DNA of 20,000 nucleotides, from NCBI GenBank assembly GCA_003971905.1, contig RSEE01000094.1, positions 232,200 through 252,199 on the forward strand, in the 5' to 3' direction. Position 1 is the stretch's first letter. Every line of letters begins with the position of its first letter. The translations under genes were made by a program, and so were the position numbers. This document shows, one piece after another, positions 9,563-19,535 of the stretch. The notes beneath the pieces are model-generated. The model had not been told where the DNA came from and made no database searches. It saw only the letters and a program-made list of their open reading frames with translations. Origin of the DNA: Moniliella sp. 'wahieum' (Eukaryota).

Positions 9563-11223
9563 ATGTCCGACCCTGGGCCGCAGAAGCCCCTGCTGCACCG
9601 CCTGCGCCCAAGCCCGAGCCTGTTGAGGCGCGGATCCCCGCCGGCTTGCGTCCGTTGCGCTACGTCGGCATCCCTGCCTCGGTGCTGGCCTGGAAGCCTC
9701 GTCTGCCGTCACGCAACTGGTCCATCTTTTTCGTCACCGTTGGCACCCTTACCTATCTCTATGTCGACGACCGCCGACAAGTGCGCCGTATCCGAGGAGT
9801 ACAAGGAGCGTGTTGCTGAGCTCGGTGACCGCCCGCTTGCCCCTTCCGCATGGCCCCGCAAGATCTCAGTGTATGCCTGTAAGGCCCCTGGCGACGAGGA
9901 CTATGACAAAGGCGTGGTTTGGTTCAAGCGCTACATGAAGGTATTTTTTTTTTTTTTTTTTTTTTCTTGACAACGTTCAGTAGAGCTGACGTACTACCCC
10001 TTTTTTCTTCCCTAGCCCATCCTTGTCTCGGCCGGGGTGGACTACGAGATCCTGAACGGCCCGCCACGGTGGACTGGCACGGGAATTGGCCTCGCGCATT
10101 CACACCCGTCGCAGGCGCCTGGCTGGGCTCGAGGAGTGGAGTGACAACCCGCTTATCGCGCCGGACGGGAGTGGAGCCGGGCCATTCAGTCTGACGGCCC
10201 AGGCCATTCTCGAGCGCGAGCTGGATGGCGGTACTGTCATTATTGGCCGTCCTGCATTCAAGGAATGGTTCTGGGGGCTTCGTGCTGGTTGGAGGAGCGA
10301 GATCCCCGCCAAGGCAATTGACCCCGATGACATTCTTGCCGCCGAACTGGCAGAGGACCATGCGTTTGACGAACAAGAGCCCGATCAGAGCCCACTGACG
10401 TGCCTCCCGACGAGTCTGCCGCCAACAGTTCCGAACAAGGCGTCGACCCTGCCCATCCTGCTTCTCCTGCGGCGCTCACGGGCTTTAACCCCGTCTTGTC
10501 ACCCGCTCTTGCGTCGGGTGCGGTAACAGGAGCATCATTGATGATGCAGGCCCAGGGCAAGGGGATGCCTACAGCGGCAACGGCCGCGCCGTCGCTGCAA
10601 GAAGCGCTGAACCAACCCATGATGCCTGTGGCGGCCATGCCGGCTCAGCCTCCTGTCTGTTTTGTCGATTTTACCAACCTGATCGGCTGGCGCAACATCC
10701 CACTGCGTATGTACCGTTTTTCCGTCGTCGCGATGACGCACGCATGGGCGCCGAGGCTGCATTGGAAGTGATCTATGGCTCCAAGAAAACTGCCCGGCCC
10801 ATTTCTGTCCCGGAACATGCGGAGCACGTCCCCCAACCCCCACAGGGAGGTGACTTGGACTTGGGTCGGGAGGGGGAGAAGCTCTACCCCCCATTCTTCT
10901 ACAAGACCCCGGATCATATTGCCTCGGCCCGGACGCAGTACTACAAGGAACTGAGCGCAAACCTCAAGGCGTCCCGCGAAATTGCTCGGGGCGAGCGGGA
11001 GCCCACCAAGGCGGAACAGCGGACGCCATACAAGTCTGAGACGGAGTACCGGGAAGAACGGTTCAAGCACGAGAAAGACTGGCGCAACCTTGAGATGGGA
11101 TTCGAGGTGGTTAAGCCGGACACCAACGTGGCATGGGATCCTTCCTTTGCTGCTTCCATCCGGCTTTTCACTCCAGACGCCGTGCCTCCACCGACGGAGA
11201 GTGAAAGCGAGAGCGCGGCTTAG
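9563..11223 (+). CDS. TIM54: Mitochondrial inner-membrane import translocase subunit Tim54; one intron, about six apparent -1 frameshifts
   Basis: Stitched protein: LRYVGIPASVLAWKPRLPSRNWSIF...YVDDRRQVRRI..EEYKERVAELGDRPL....PRKISVYACKAPGD....WFKRYMK|PILVSAGVDYEILNG..HGGLA...GGTVIIGRPAFKEWFWGL...FTNLIGWRNIPLRMYRFF.RR...GAEAALEVI. The LPSRNW and KP.L..aG.D motifs are diagnostic of Tim54. Confidence 0.93.
9941..10015 (+). other. Intron of TIM54 (75 nt) containing a T22 tract
   Basis: GTATTT donor, T-run 9944-9965, GCTGAC branch, TAG acceptor; joins YMK|PILV. Confidence 0.92.
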
Positions 11224-12369
11224 TCCCACTTTTGCCTTGTTTGATGGCACTCTCCTTTGACGATATCCAGTTTAATGCACTGCTATTTGATGACTGGGCA
11301 TGCGCGTGGTTTCTTCCTACAAACGGGCCAGCCGAAGAGAAAGAGATATACGTGCGAACTGAACCGGAGATGAAGTAGATCGTATATCTATCCCAATGTC
11401 ATGACATATCCTCAACAGGGTACAAAGGAAGCTCAATGGTTACTGGGGCTACTGCGAACCAAAACAACAAAGTCATTGGAATGGTAGAGGATTCGGTAGA
11501 GCTCCGACTGGGAGGTTGAGGCCAGTGGTATTGCCGTTGGTATGCATCTGACACTGCTCAGACACATTGGGTTCAGTCAAAGCGGCGTTACTATAACCGA
11601 TGCTATCTTAGAACCTCTCTTTGAATGAGGGAATAATCCTCCTAGTCGAGATCGGAAAGAGGCAAGCTGCGTCGATACACTGTAGGCGGTGACGAGGAGC
11701 TCGTCGAGGTGGCGGCAAGTCCGATCTGATTTCCCCTGTTGGTATGAAGCTGGGGAGAGACCGGTGGGCCCTAGGTGCGCCGAAACAATGGGTTGGATGG
11801 GTATTATGTGGTGCGGGCTAGATTCTTCGGCTGAGGAGATTGCAGTGGTGAGCGGTAGAGCAGCGACACAATTCGCTTCAATCGTGCACCCTTCAGTCTT
11901 ACCCCCTCTGCCGCCTCTGTCAGTAGACAGAGAATGTCATGGGGCGGGCGATTAGGGGGTACGATCCCTTAGGAGACGGTAGGTCGACTCACGGTAGTTT
12001 CGGGCTTGGGTTACCAGATTGCAAACTTCAAGCTTCAAGCTCGGCATGTTCAGTAGCTGCTAGTCGCGCGAAGTCATCACTCGAATACCACCCAACCCAA
12101 TGCCGTTTCGGCGCCCCCAGTGCCCGGGCTGGTGACCCCGGGGGGCCGGGCGACCGAATCAAAAGGGGCGACGCGGTGTGGCCTTCTACAACACAAGGAA
12201 CACAAGGGACTATTGGAGTATTGTTGATGCATCATTGACTTTGACAATACGGTCTTAGCACTGCAAGGGGACATCGTGCATCAACAGAGAGAATACATGG
12301 GAGGTAAAAACGAAGAGAGTGAGGCGGGATGCATGCAATACGAGCTGTGGGTAGCAAGGGATGGGACCT

Positions 12370-13735
12370 TTAGTAGCGCGAGCTTGCCCGCGCCGCTGCT
12401 TGAGGATCGTACTTAGCTACCCAAGGATGGGTGAGCACCTCAGCGAGAGGAAGACGCTTATGCGGGTCTTTCCTCAGTAGCTAGTAACACGAAAGAGAAG
12501 AAGAGGTGGGGGGGTTAGGGAGGAAAAGAATGAGAGAGATGAGGAAGAAGGACGTACGCGCCTGATCAAGTCCTGCACTTCTGGGGAGAGGCGGGAGGGC
12601 AACCTAAGATCGACATTGGCAATTCGATCGTAGGTCGATGTGGGCCGGTCCTCCTCAAATGGGGGATCGCCTTGGCAAAACTCGTAGGTGAGAACCCCCA
12701 GGGCCCAGAGATCCACCCCTTTCCCATGAGCACGACGCTCGACCATTTCGGGCGGTAGGTAATCGAGCGTTCCACACATTGTCTGTCGTCGATTACCCGG
12801 CGCATGGACACTCCAACCAAAATCGGAAATCTTCAGTTCGCCATGGATACCCATCAGCAGGTTCTCCGGCTTGATGTCACGGTGGATCACGTTTTTGGAA
12901 TGCAGGTACTGCAGGGCATCGGCCATCTGTGCAATGTACTGGAGGGAAGAGGAAGGGTTAATGGAACTCAGGAGAAACGATTGAAGGGGGGACGGACCTT
13001 GGCTGCGGTGGGCTCGGGGGGGAAACGACGGTAGGGAAGGGAATTCATGTACTTGTAGAACTCGCCCCGAGCCGCAAATTCAACCATCAGGAAGATTCGC
13101 CCCTCGTCGTGGAAATAGCCATGAAGCTTGAGTACGTTGGGATGGCGTAGGTTCATCTGAATCTCAATTTCCCGCCGGATCTGCTCCTCGAGCCCGTCCT
13201 TGACAATCTCATTCTTGTACATGCACTTGAGTGCCAATACGTACTGCGGCTGCCGCGTGCGCGCGATAAACACCCGACCAAATTTGCCCTTGCCCAGACC
13301 GCGGCCCAGCTCAAAATCCTTCAGGCGCCATTTTTTGGTCAACTTGTGCGTCAACTCCCTGAGGACAACAACGTTCCCGTCGCGTTAGCAGCCTACCCAA
13401 CGAATCACAAAAGGACATAAGACACACCCAGGTGCACTGCTGTCCAGCGCTAACGCAGCATTGACACTGGCCGAAGCAGTCCGCCGACCTCGCCGCTCAT
13501 CGCGCTCTAGTCCGCCATCGTATGTGCCCACCTGGCTTTGTCCGGTCTGAGAGGCTGCGGCGGCGGGAGCAGGGGCTTTGCCCATGCGTGTTGATTGGCC
13601 AGGAGCACGGGACATTCCATAGGTAGGTTTGGCGGGCATGGCCGTGATGAACTGGCCCTCGGGCGGGCGGACAAGCGAGGGTGCTTGCTGCTGGACAGGG
13701 TGGAGAGGTGCTTTGGTGGGAGGTGGGTTGGGCAT
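12370..13735 (-). CDS. IPL1: Aurora-family Ser/Thr kinase (Ipl1/Ark1); four exons, frame intact
   Basis: Exons 13735-13428, 13358-12998, 12938-12558 and 12480-12370. Motifs [82 protein letters not shown] (Aurora activation loop), VDLWALGVL and [12 protein letters not shown]. Confidence 0.97.
12481..12557 (-). other. Aurora kinase intron 3 (77 nt)
   Basis: GTACGT donor, CCTAAC branch, TAG acceptor; joins DLIRR|LLRKDP. Confidence 0.9.
12939..12997 (-). other. Aurora kinase intron 2 (59 nt)
   Basis: GTCCGT donor, ATTAAC branch-like site, CAG acceptor; joins [13 protein letters not shown]. Confidence 0.9.
13359..13427 (-). other. Aurora kinase intron 1 (69 nt)
   Basis: GTGTGT donor, GCTAAC branch, CAG acceptor; phase 2. 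Confidence 0.85.
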
Positions 13736-15137
13736 CGTGGGGTGGGAGTCTGTGGTGAGATGACGACACGGGTGTGGGAGCTTAGTTCGCACCCGCAGCA
13801 CGCTCAGCTAGGCGAAAGCAAGTAGGCGTAGAGTCAAACCAACATGCTCCACGCGGCGGAATCGCCAACGCGCGCCTACTGAAATGTTCACACTCGCCTG
13901 GGAGCCAACAAGCCGGGCGCAGTTAATAACTGCCCACAGCTAACGAGGGGTAAATTAGTACTACCTACCCCGCTCGATCATCTTTCCTACATCGTCGTGC
14001 AAAGCGCACTTCGGGAAAGCCATTCAATGTTACCATGTCTTGCCTAGAAAGATGGGCGGCGGCGCTGTGCTTTTATGTGCTAACTTCTTCACTTGCTCGT
14101 GGTAATAATCAGGGGCACCAGGTGTGAAGGGCCTATTACCACATCTCTGCATGATGTTTCTCTTCTTTTATATTATCAGCCCTCCGCCGAATAAGAGACT
14201 CTCTATGTGTTATTCAAAAACGAGATTTCGTAAGGAGTCCGTGTGGAAACCTGATCCGAGTGTTTCCCATCAATCCCCCCCAGCATCGTTGCAGGGGGCC
14301 GGGTTGCTGTGTGAACGTTATTGAACGTTGAGAAACAAAAAGGCACGGCAAAGATGAGATGTTGGAGTAGTACTAGTGGGCACAAAAGTCGCTGCGGAAA
14401 GTAATAATCCCCCCAAAATAATGAGTTCCGCGGCGCCGGGGATGATCGATGACAGCCGCTCAACTCCTCTGAGGACCCGCCGCGGAGCGAGAAGTGAGGC
14501 CTACGGCCCCTAAGAGTCCATTGTCCCACCATAAACACTGTCTGTCATGAAAAGCTTCAGAGGTTCTCGCTCTCACATCAAACAAAACACTGTTTGTGGT
14601 CCGTAACCTGTGCAGAGCTGTGCATCCCCTTTGTTTTTTATGTGCTCAGCAAAGTTTTCGCTGGCGGATATCAATCGTTAAACTTCCTTTGGACCCGCAA
14701 TAAGGGTACTCATCGACGCAGGTATCTTCCATCACGTTCGACGTTCTACGTTATGCGTATAATATCTCTCTCAGTGTGATAAAAGATCCGATGAGATCTG
14801 AGAGCCCTCTCGAGTATGAGATGCGCTAGTACTGTTGGGTGTTGTTGTCTATGCCTACGAAGGTCATCTCTACAAACGGACATCAAGATGACACGGTTAT
14901 TGCCACCGTGAGCTGTGCACAGTCGTGTGTTGTTGAACACAACCGAAAGGAGAACACTGGGAGCGAAGCGAGAAAACATCTATCGGCGCTCCTACTATTA
15001 GGCCTGAGGAGGGACTGAAAAGACCTTGACGAGAAGTACGAGCCACCCTTCGTGGCTCGGATGAATCTCAAAAGAACTTGGCACAGAAAGAAGAGGGGTG
15101 TCGGAGGGTGGACAATTATATTACCACGCTGTGTAAG

Positions 15138-15984
15138 AAAGAGGCTTCCATCCGTCCCGTACCTCAAGCTCTCTGACCAGCAGGTCCAGGTTGGTCTCCA
15201 GCTCCGCACGCTGTGCCGCACCACGCGCAGCATGTGCAAGTGCGGCGTCATGTCCTCGCTGGAACACATCATGTCCTGCACCCGCACCCAGGCCAAGTTT
15301 GGTGCGTTGCATGAGGCAGTGCGGGAGCCCATTCTCCAGCTCCTCCGCTCCATCCCCGACACCCACGTCCACAACGAACCTATGGTGGAGGAAGAGGATG
15401 GGACGAGGCGCGGACGGAAGGCACAGCGCACCGATTACCGCGTGATGGGGCCCGGAGCACTGGGAGGAACCGGAATGGAGGTAGACCACACGCTGCGCGA
15501 CACGGGATCGCAGGAGGCGCAGAGCGCGTACCGGCGGGTGGTGCATGAGAGCACTGCGTCGCCTTTGGAACGCCGGGAGAAGGAACTGCTTCGGCTGCTT
15601 GAACAAGCAGAATGCGACAAGAACGCCAAGTACCAGGGACGCACTCAAGAACCGTTTTTCCCCTGGTTTTGACGACGCGAGGATACTACGGCACCAAGAC
15701 GGCGGGCAAGTTGTTTGCGCATTGGAAGGAGTTGGCTACTAAGTCTCAGTGGAAATGGTTCCTCGCTCGTATGTCAACCACGTTCCTCCGTGTCCACACG
15801 CGCTTCCTAGGGTACGGGACCGGATGGCGTGAGCCGGAGGGTCCTGATATCCTGGCGATCCCCCTGGTCCCTTAATCTTGGTGGCGCTTCCAAGTAACCC
15901 CCGCAAGATGAACAGTTCGGTTTAGACGTAGCGTTCCCCCTGTCCCAGCCTTAAGCTCTGTCAATGATATGAATTCAAAGAGGC
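15138..15984 (+). mobile_element. 5'-truncated non-LTR retrotransposon remnant (CRE/Cnl1-like RLE clade): CCHC knuckle plus restriction-like endonuclease, no reverse transcriptase
   Basis: Translation LPSVPYLKLSDQQVQVGLQLRTL...CKCGVMSSLEHIMSC (C-x-C-x7-H-x3-C)...LHEAVR (RH position)...NEP...RTD...EVD...AECDKNAKY...FFP(fs at about 15660)LVLTTRGYYG...HWK matches the C-terminal layout of RLE-type non-LTR elements. Stop at 15873-15875. AAAGAGGC direct repeat at 15138-15145 and 15977-15984. Confidence 0.78.
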
Positions 15985-16285
15985 CACAAAAGAGAAAGTC
16001 ATAAACAGCGAAACACAATCTATAATGTTTCGTTACTTTATCGTTTCATCCTTCGAGATCTCAGTGATTGAGTACCGCTGAGGCCCTCAGTGAGGCTGAG
16101 GCCGCTGAGGCGCTGAAGACAAACCCCCCAGAAGTTTGAACATTGCACGAAGAAGGAGGGACCTAGAGCAACGAGCAGAGGCCACATAGCTGCACCGCCT
16201 TCGACAAAGCGCAAAGCACAGCGAACACATGCTCCCTCTCTACCCCATATGGACAGCCAGCGCAACACCAGGCCCGAGCGTCGGG

Positions 16286-16353
16286 GTTGGACGTGTTGAA
16301 CGTTGAACGTTGGTTGAGCGTTGAGCCGTTGACCAGTTGAATTGAGCACGTTC
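16286..16353. repeat. Degenerate (CGTTGA)-type tandem microrepeat
   Basis: gttggacgtgttgaacgttgaacgttggttgagcgttgagccgttgaccagttgaattgagcacgttc. Confidence 0.65.
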
Positions 16354-17536
16354 ATCACATCCAGTCTTCCCCCCTTCTTCTGCTCGATCTGATCGCCAAG
16401 GACAGGACACGTGGCATCTAATGTGCCCGCCCACGTTGGCTCCGCGGCTCAGCTGGGCTGAGACGCTGAGGTTCTGTCAAGCATACGCTTGAGAAGATGC
16501 AACTGCGATGCGGCCTCTGGCGGCCTTCGGTCGTCTTCGGAGCGAGTCACCCACCCACCCGGCTTCTTCAGACATCGTGTCCCTCTGGGGTGGCAGCGAG
16601 GAAACGGGGGCCTGGGGTGGGCGCAAGCAGACGCATATGCTTTTGCGTATTCAATGTGGTCAGCGGCGCTCACGGTGAGCGGGAGCTGCTGCTATGTGCC
16701 GTTGCGGGCCCAGAGATCCTGAGGCCATAGGCCCGATGCATGATGCACAACCGGTGGTGTTGGGCATGCACCGGCAAACTGGAGGTGCACGGGCAGGAAA
16801 ACCGAGGTGTTGTACTTGTTGTGTATAAGGTAGCCTACGTCGTATATATCACGCAGACCACCTGTGCTTGTTGGGCAGATTGGGCCGGAATATCACATGC
16901 ATATACTTGCGCCTCACTATGGCCCGTTCCGTGTCTGTTCTCCAGATCTCCGCAAATGGTTCGGAACGCGGTGGCCTGAGGACTGGGTGTCCTTCCAGCC
17001 AGGTGACCTGCATCTTCCACCTCTTCAAGCGGAGAACCCACAAGAGGGCGGCGTAGCGGAAGGCAGGACGGCACGCAATAGCAGGCCATGCAGAGCTGAG
17101 AGTGCCTGCCTGCGCCTGCCCCAACGCACCTGCCAACTAGGTGTGCTAGGGTTGCCCGTAGCGGGACAAAACGGCAGGGTTGCAGCGCTTGGCAGCCTGG
17201 TTGTAGCAGATGCGGTGAGCATCAGTGCATGATGCATGCTGCCGCCATGCCGCAGATCAAGCTTGACTTGAAGCTTCAAGGGGGATGCACGGGGGCAGCG
17301 ATGCACGTGCTTGCCCGACGCCCATTGCAGCCCATTCTACGCAGCGCGAGGCCGACGCGCAGTTAAGCGAATGCTCAAAGCTAGCCAACGTGTGAAGCAG
17401 TTGACGTTTAAAAACAACGTTCACCGGTCACCCCAGATGCATGATGGCGCATGTAACCGCACCTGGCATCTGAGACGAGGGGATCACCAGCTGAGGAGCC
17501 CACTGGGTGATCGTCCATGGTTGGAGCTTGGAGTAA

Positions 17537-17569
17537 GATGATCGATGGTCGATGATCGATGATCGATGC
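17537..17569. repeat. (GATGATC)-type tandem microrepeat
   Basis: gatgatcgatggtcgatgatcgatgatcgatgc. Confidence 0.7.
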
Positions 17570-18058
17570 ACCTGATGGGATCAGACAGGCGCGTGCTGGA
17601 GCCGCGGTGCGACGCAGCCTGCAGCAGCTGCAGCCCTGGCTGCATCATGCATGCATGTGCCAGCGACCTCAGCACCTGAGCGCCGAGGCTGAGCTTGCCC
17701 TTCGCAGCGGGCACTCCGGATGAGGACTGCGTCTGAGTGAAGAGTGCTCCCGAGCGTGGCGCGGCATGCCTGCCAGCGGGTGCCCGCGGCCCAGCGCGGG
17801 GCAGCGGGCACTCGTTGAAATTTCACCTCCGCCCCAGACCCCATCGATGGCACATCGGCTGCCCCACGCTATTTAACCCTGTCGGCCTTTCGCATCCCTG
17901 GCCACACAACGGTGCCCACCCCCACCCCCATCCCCTCCACCTTCCCGGACAGACACCATGGCCTCCCCAGCCACCCGCCCCGCTTCCCTATATCAACACC
18001 CGCAGCCCCGCTGCTCCTTCCTCCGCCGCCCGCCTTCCCACCCACGCCGCCGCCTGCG

Positions 18059-19059
18059 ATGACTGCTATCTCGATCCGCGCTGCTGCCGCCGCTGCCTCG
18101 GTGTCTTCTTCTCGCCTACACCCTCCATTGGTGCTTCCTCCGTCGATGACGGCATGTCTTCTTCCCTGGGAGGGAAAATAAGCATCCATGCTGACCCTCC
18201 TGCTTTGATCCATCAGATATTCCTCTTTCGACTCCCACCGAGGGCCAATCCCTTCCATCTCCCAGCTACAATAGCCGGGGTCGAAGCATGGTCCGCAAGA
18301 CTTCGGTTGTGCGTGGGCGCGAACCCCATCGGCGTGCACCTACTCATCCTTCACCGCTGTCCCCATCCATACTCCATCCATCTCCCACCCACCAACCCGT
18401 CCAGTCCGATCTGTCTCCCAAGCCGTCGGTGCACGATACGTCTCTACCCCAAAACGGCATTTGGGCATGGGGTCAAGAACCATTATCCCGTCCTCCTTCC
18501 CCCCGCGGGAACGAGAGATGGATCCCCTAGACCACCCGGAATGTTCGACCTCGACCTCACCATGGGCATGGACATGGGCATGGACATGGGCATGGACATG
18601 GACATGGACATGGATATGGACATGGATACCGATGTGGTCATGGGTCCTGCAGCCCCGCCCCGCCCGTCGCAGCGCCCCTTCATCGCCCTCGATCCCGCAC
18701 GCATTTGCCAGCAGGTCGTCGATCGCCCTCCTTGGCGCGCCTGGTCCACGGAAATTTTCCATCCCGACCGTCAAGCCCATGTACGGTTCAAAGGCAAGTC
18801 GACGACAGAGCACCGCTTGTGCCTTGGCCCCTACCGTGCCCCACATTTCCATCCCCCCTTCCCATCGCGACAGCCCTACTCTTCCTCTGTGGGGATGGGA
18901 ATGGGGATGGATCTTACCGACGCATCATCAGAGCGGTCTCAGTCTTTTCACCGTGGCCGTTCGCACCGTCTCAAGAGTCTCCCCCACAAGGACGAAGGGG
19001 GTATCCTATCCCTCCCCGTCGCTCTTCACGGCACGCGATCTGGTGACTCGCAGTTTTGA
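18059..19059 (+). CDS. Probable low-complexity Pro/Ser-rich hypothetical protein; exact structure unresolved (likely frameshifted and/or spliced)
   Basis: TATAT-like element near 17989 and a pyrimidine-rich leader precede an ATG at about 18059 (MTAISIRAAAAAASVSSSR...). Long overlapping open frames cover 17737-19141 and include the MGMDMGMD... repeat. A pyrimidine-rich 3' region with AATAAA near 19467 follows. No recognisable domain. Confidence 0.4.
18562..18627 (+). repeat. (ATGGRY)11 hexanucleotide tandem repeat
   Basis: ATGGGC/ATGGAC/ATGGAT x11; encodes (MG/MD)n in the 17737 frame. A smaller MGMGMD echo lies at about 18895-18912. Confidence 0.9.
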
Positions 19060-19501
19060 AGCGAATGTCATTCAACGCTTCGCCCATTTCTTCCCCCTTT
19101 TCTCATTTCGTCACCGTCACCGTCTCCTTCCCCTATTTTAAAGGGAACGATTGCTACTTCATTCCCCTCTTCATGCACCACTTGGCCTCTGCCCTCTGTT
19201 TCTGGACTCATACTTCACCCATCTTGTATTGACTGACATATGGACTTACCACACTCATCCCTCCTCTACCTTTTCATTGCACTCATCCCCGTTCAGCTTG
19301 TGGGTCCTCTCTGTTACACTATAGCTTTTTCCTGTCGTACAATTTCCTGTGTCATGCCCCCTGGTTGCCCTTTATTTCACTTCCCACCCCTCTCCCTGGC
19401 CTCGTCTATTACAGGTGAGCTCGGTGAGCATGGAGCGAGCACGAAGCGCGGGGAGAAGAGCTGCCAATAAAACTTCAAGCCTTTGCTTGCTGTCAGGCAC
19501 C

Positions 19502-19535
19502 TGTCACATGTCACATGTCACACGCCACATCACAT
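19502..19535. repeat. (TGTCACA)-type tandem microrepeat
   Basis: tgtcacatgtcacatgtcacacgccacatcacat. Confidence 0.7.

Noticed and set aside
9151..9564. Minus-strand ORF MTVVGMVER... as the N-terminus of Rrp46
   Set aside because: It spans the bidirectional promoter, has a GTG start and no Rrp46 motifs; the DGS exon is in another frame.
5341..11223. Cluster of pseudogenes
   Set aside because: Motifs, splice sites and stops are preserved and the lesions are one-directional single-base losses, which fits sequencing error better than decay.
12050..12080. Box C/D snoRNA (GTGATGA...CTGA on the minus strand)
   Set aside because: The boxes span only 31 nt, with no terminal stem or recognisable rRNA guide.
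12511..12521. Telomeric TTAGGG seed
   Set aside because: A single unit that is the reverse complement of the CCTAAC branch site of Aurora intron 3.
15052..15875. Fanzor/TnpB-like RNA-guided nuclease
   Set aside because: The motif order (CCHC, RH-equivalent, EP, RxD, D, KxxKY, FxPLV) fits the RLE of non-LTR elements, not RuvC with a CCCC zinc ribbon.
14321..16306. TTGAACGTTGA direct repeat (14321-14331, 16296-16306) as TSD of a 2-kb element
   Set aside because: The second copy is inside a CGTTGA microrepeat, and neither copy coincides with a homology or composition boundary.
16038..17714. Numerous 60-120 aa ORFs
   Set aside because: No recognisable motifs or consistent strand, mostly non-ATG starts; expected by chance at this GC content.
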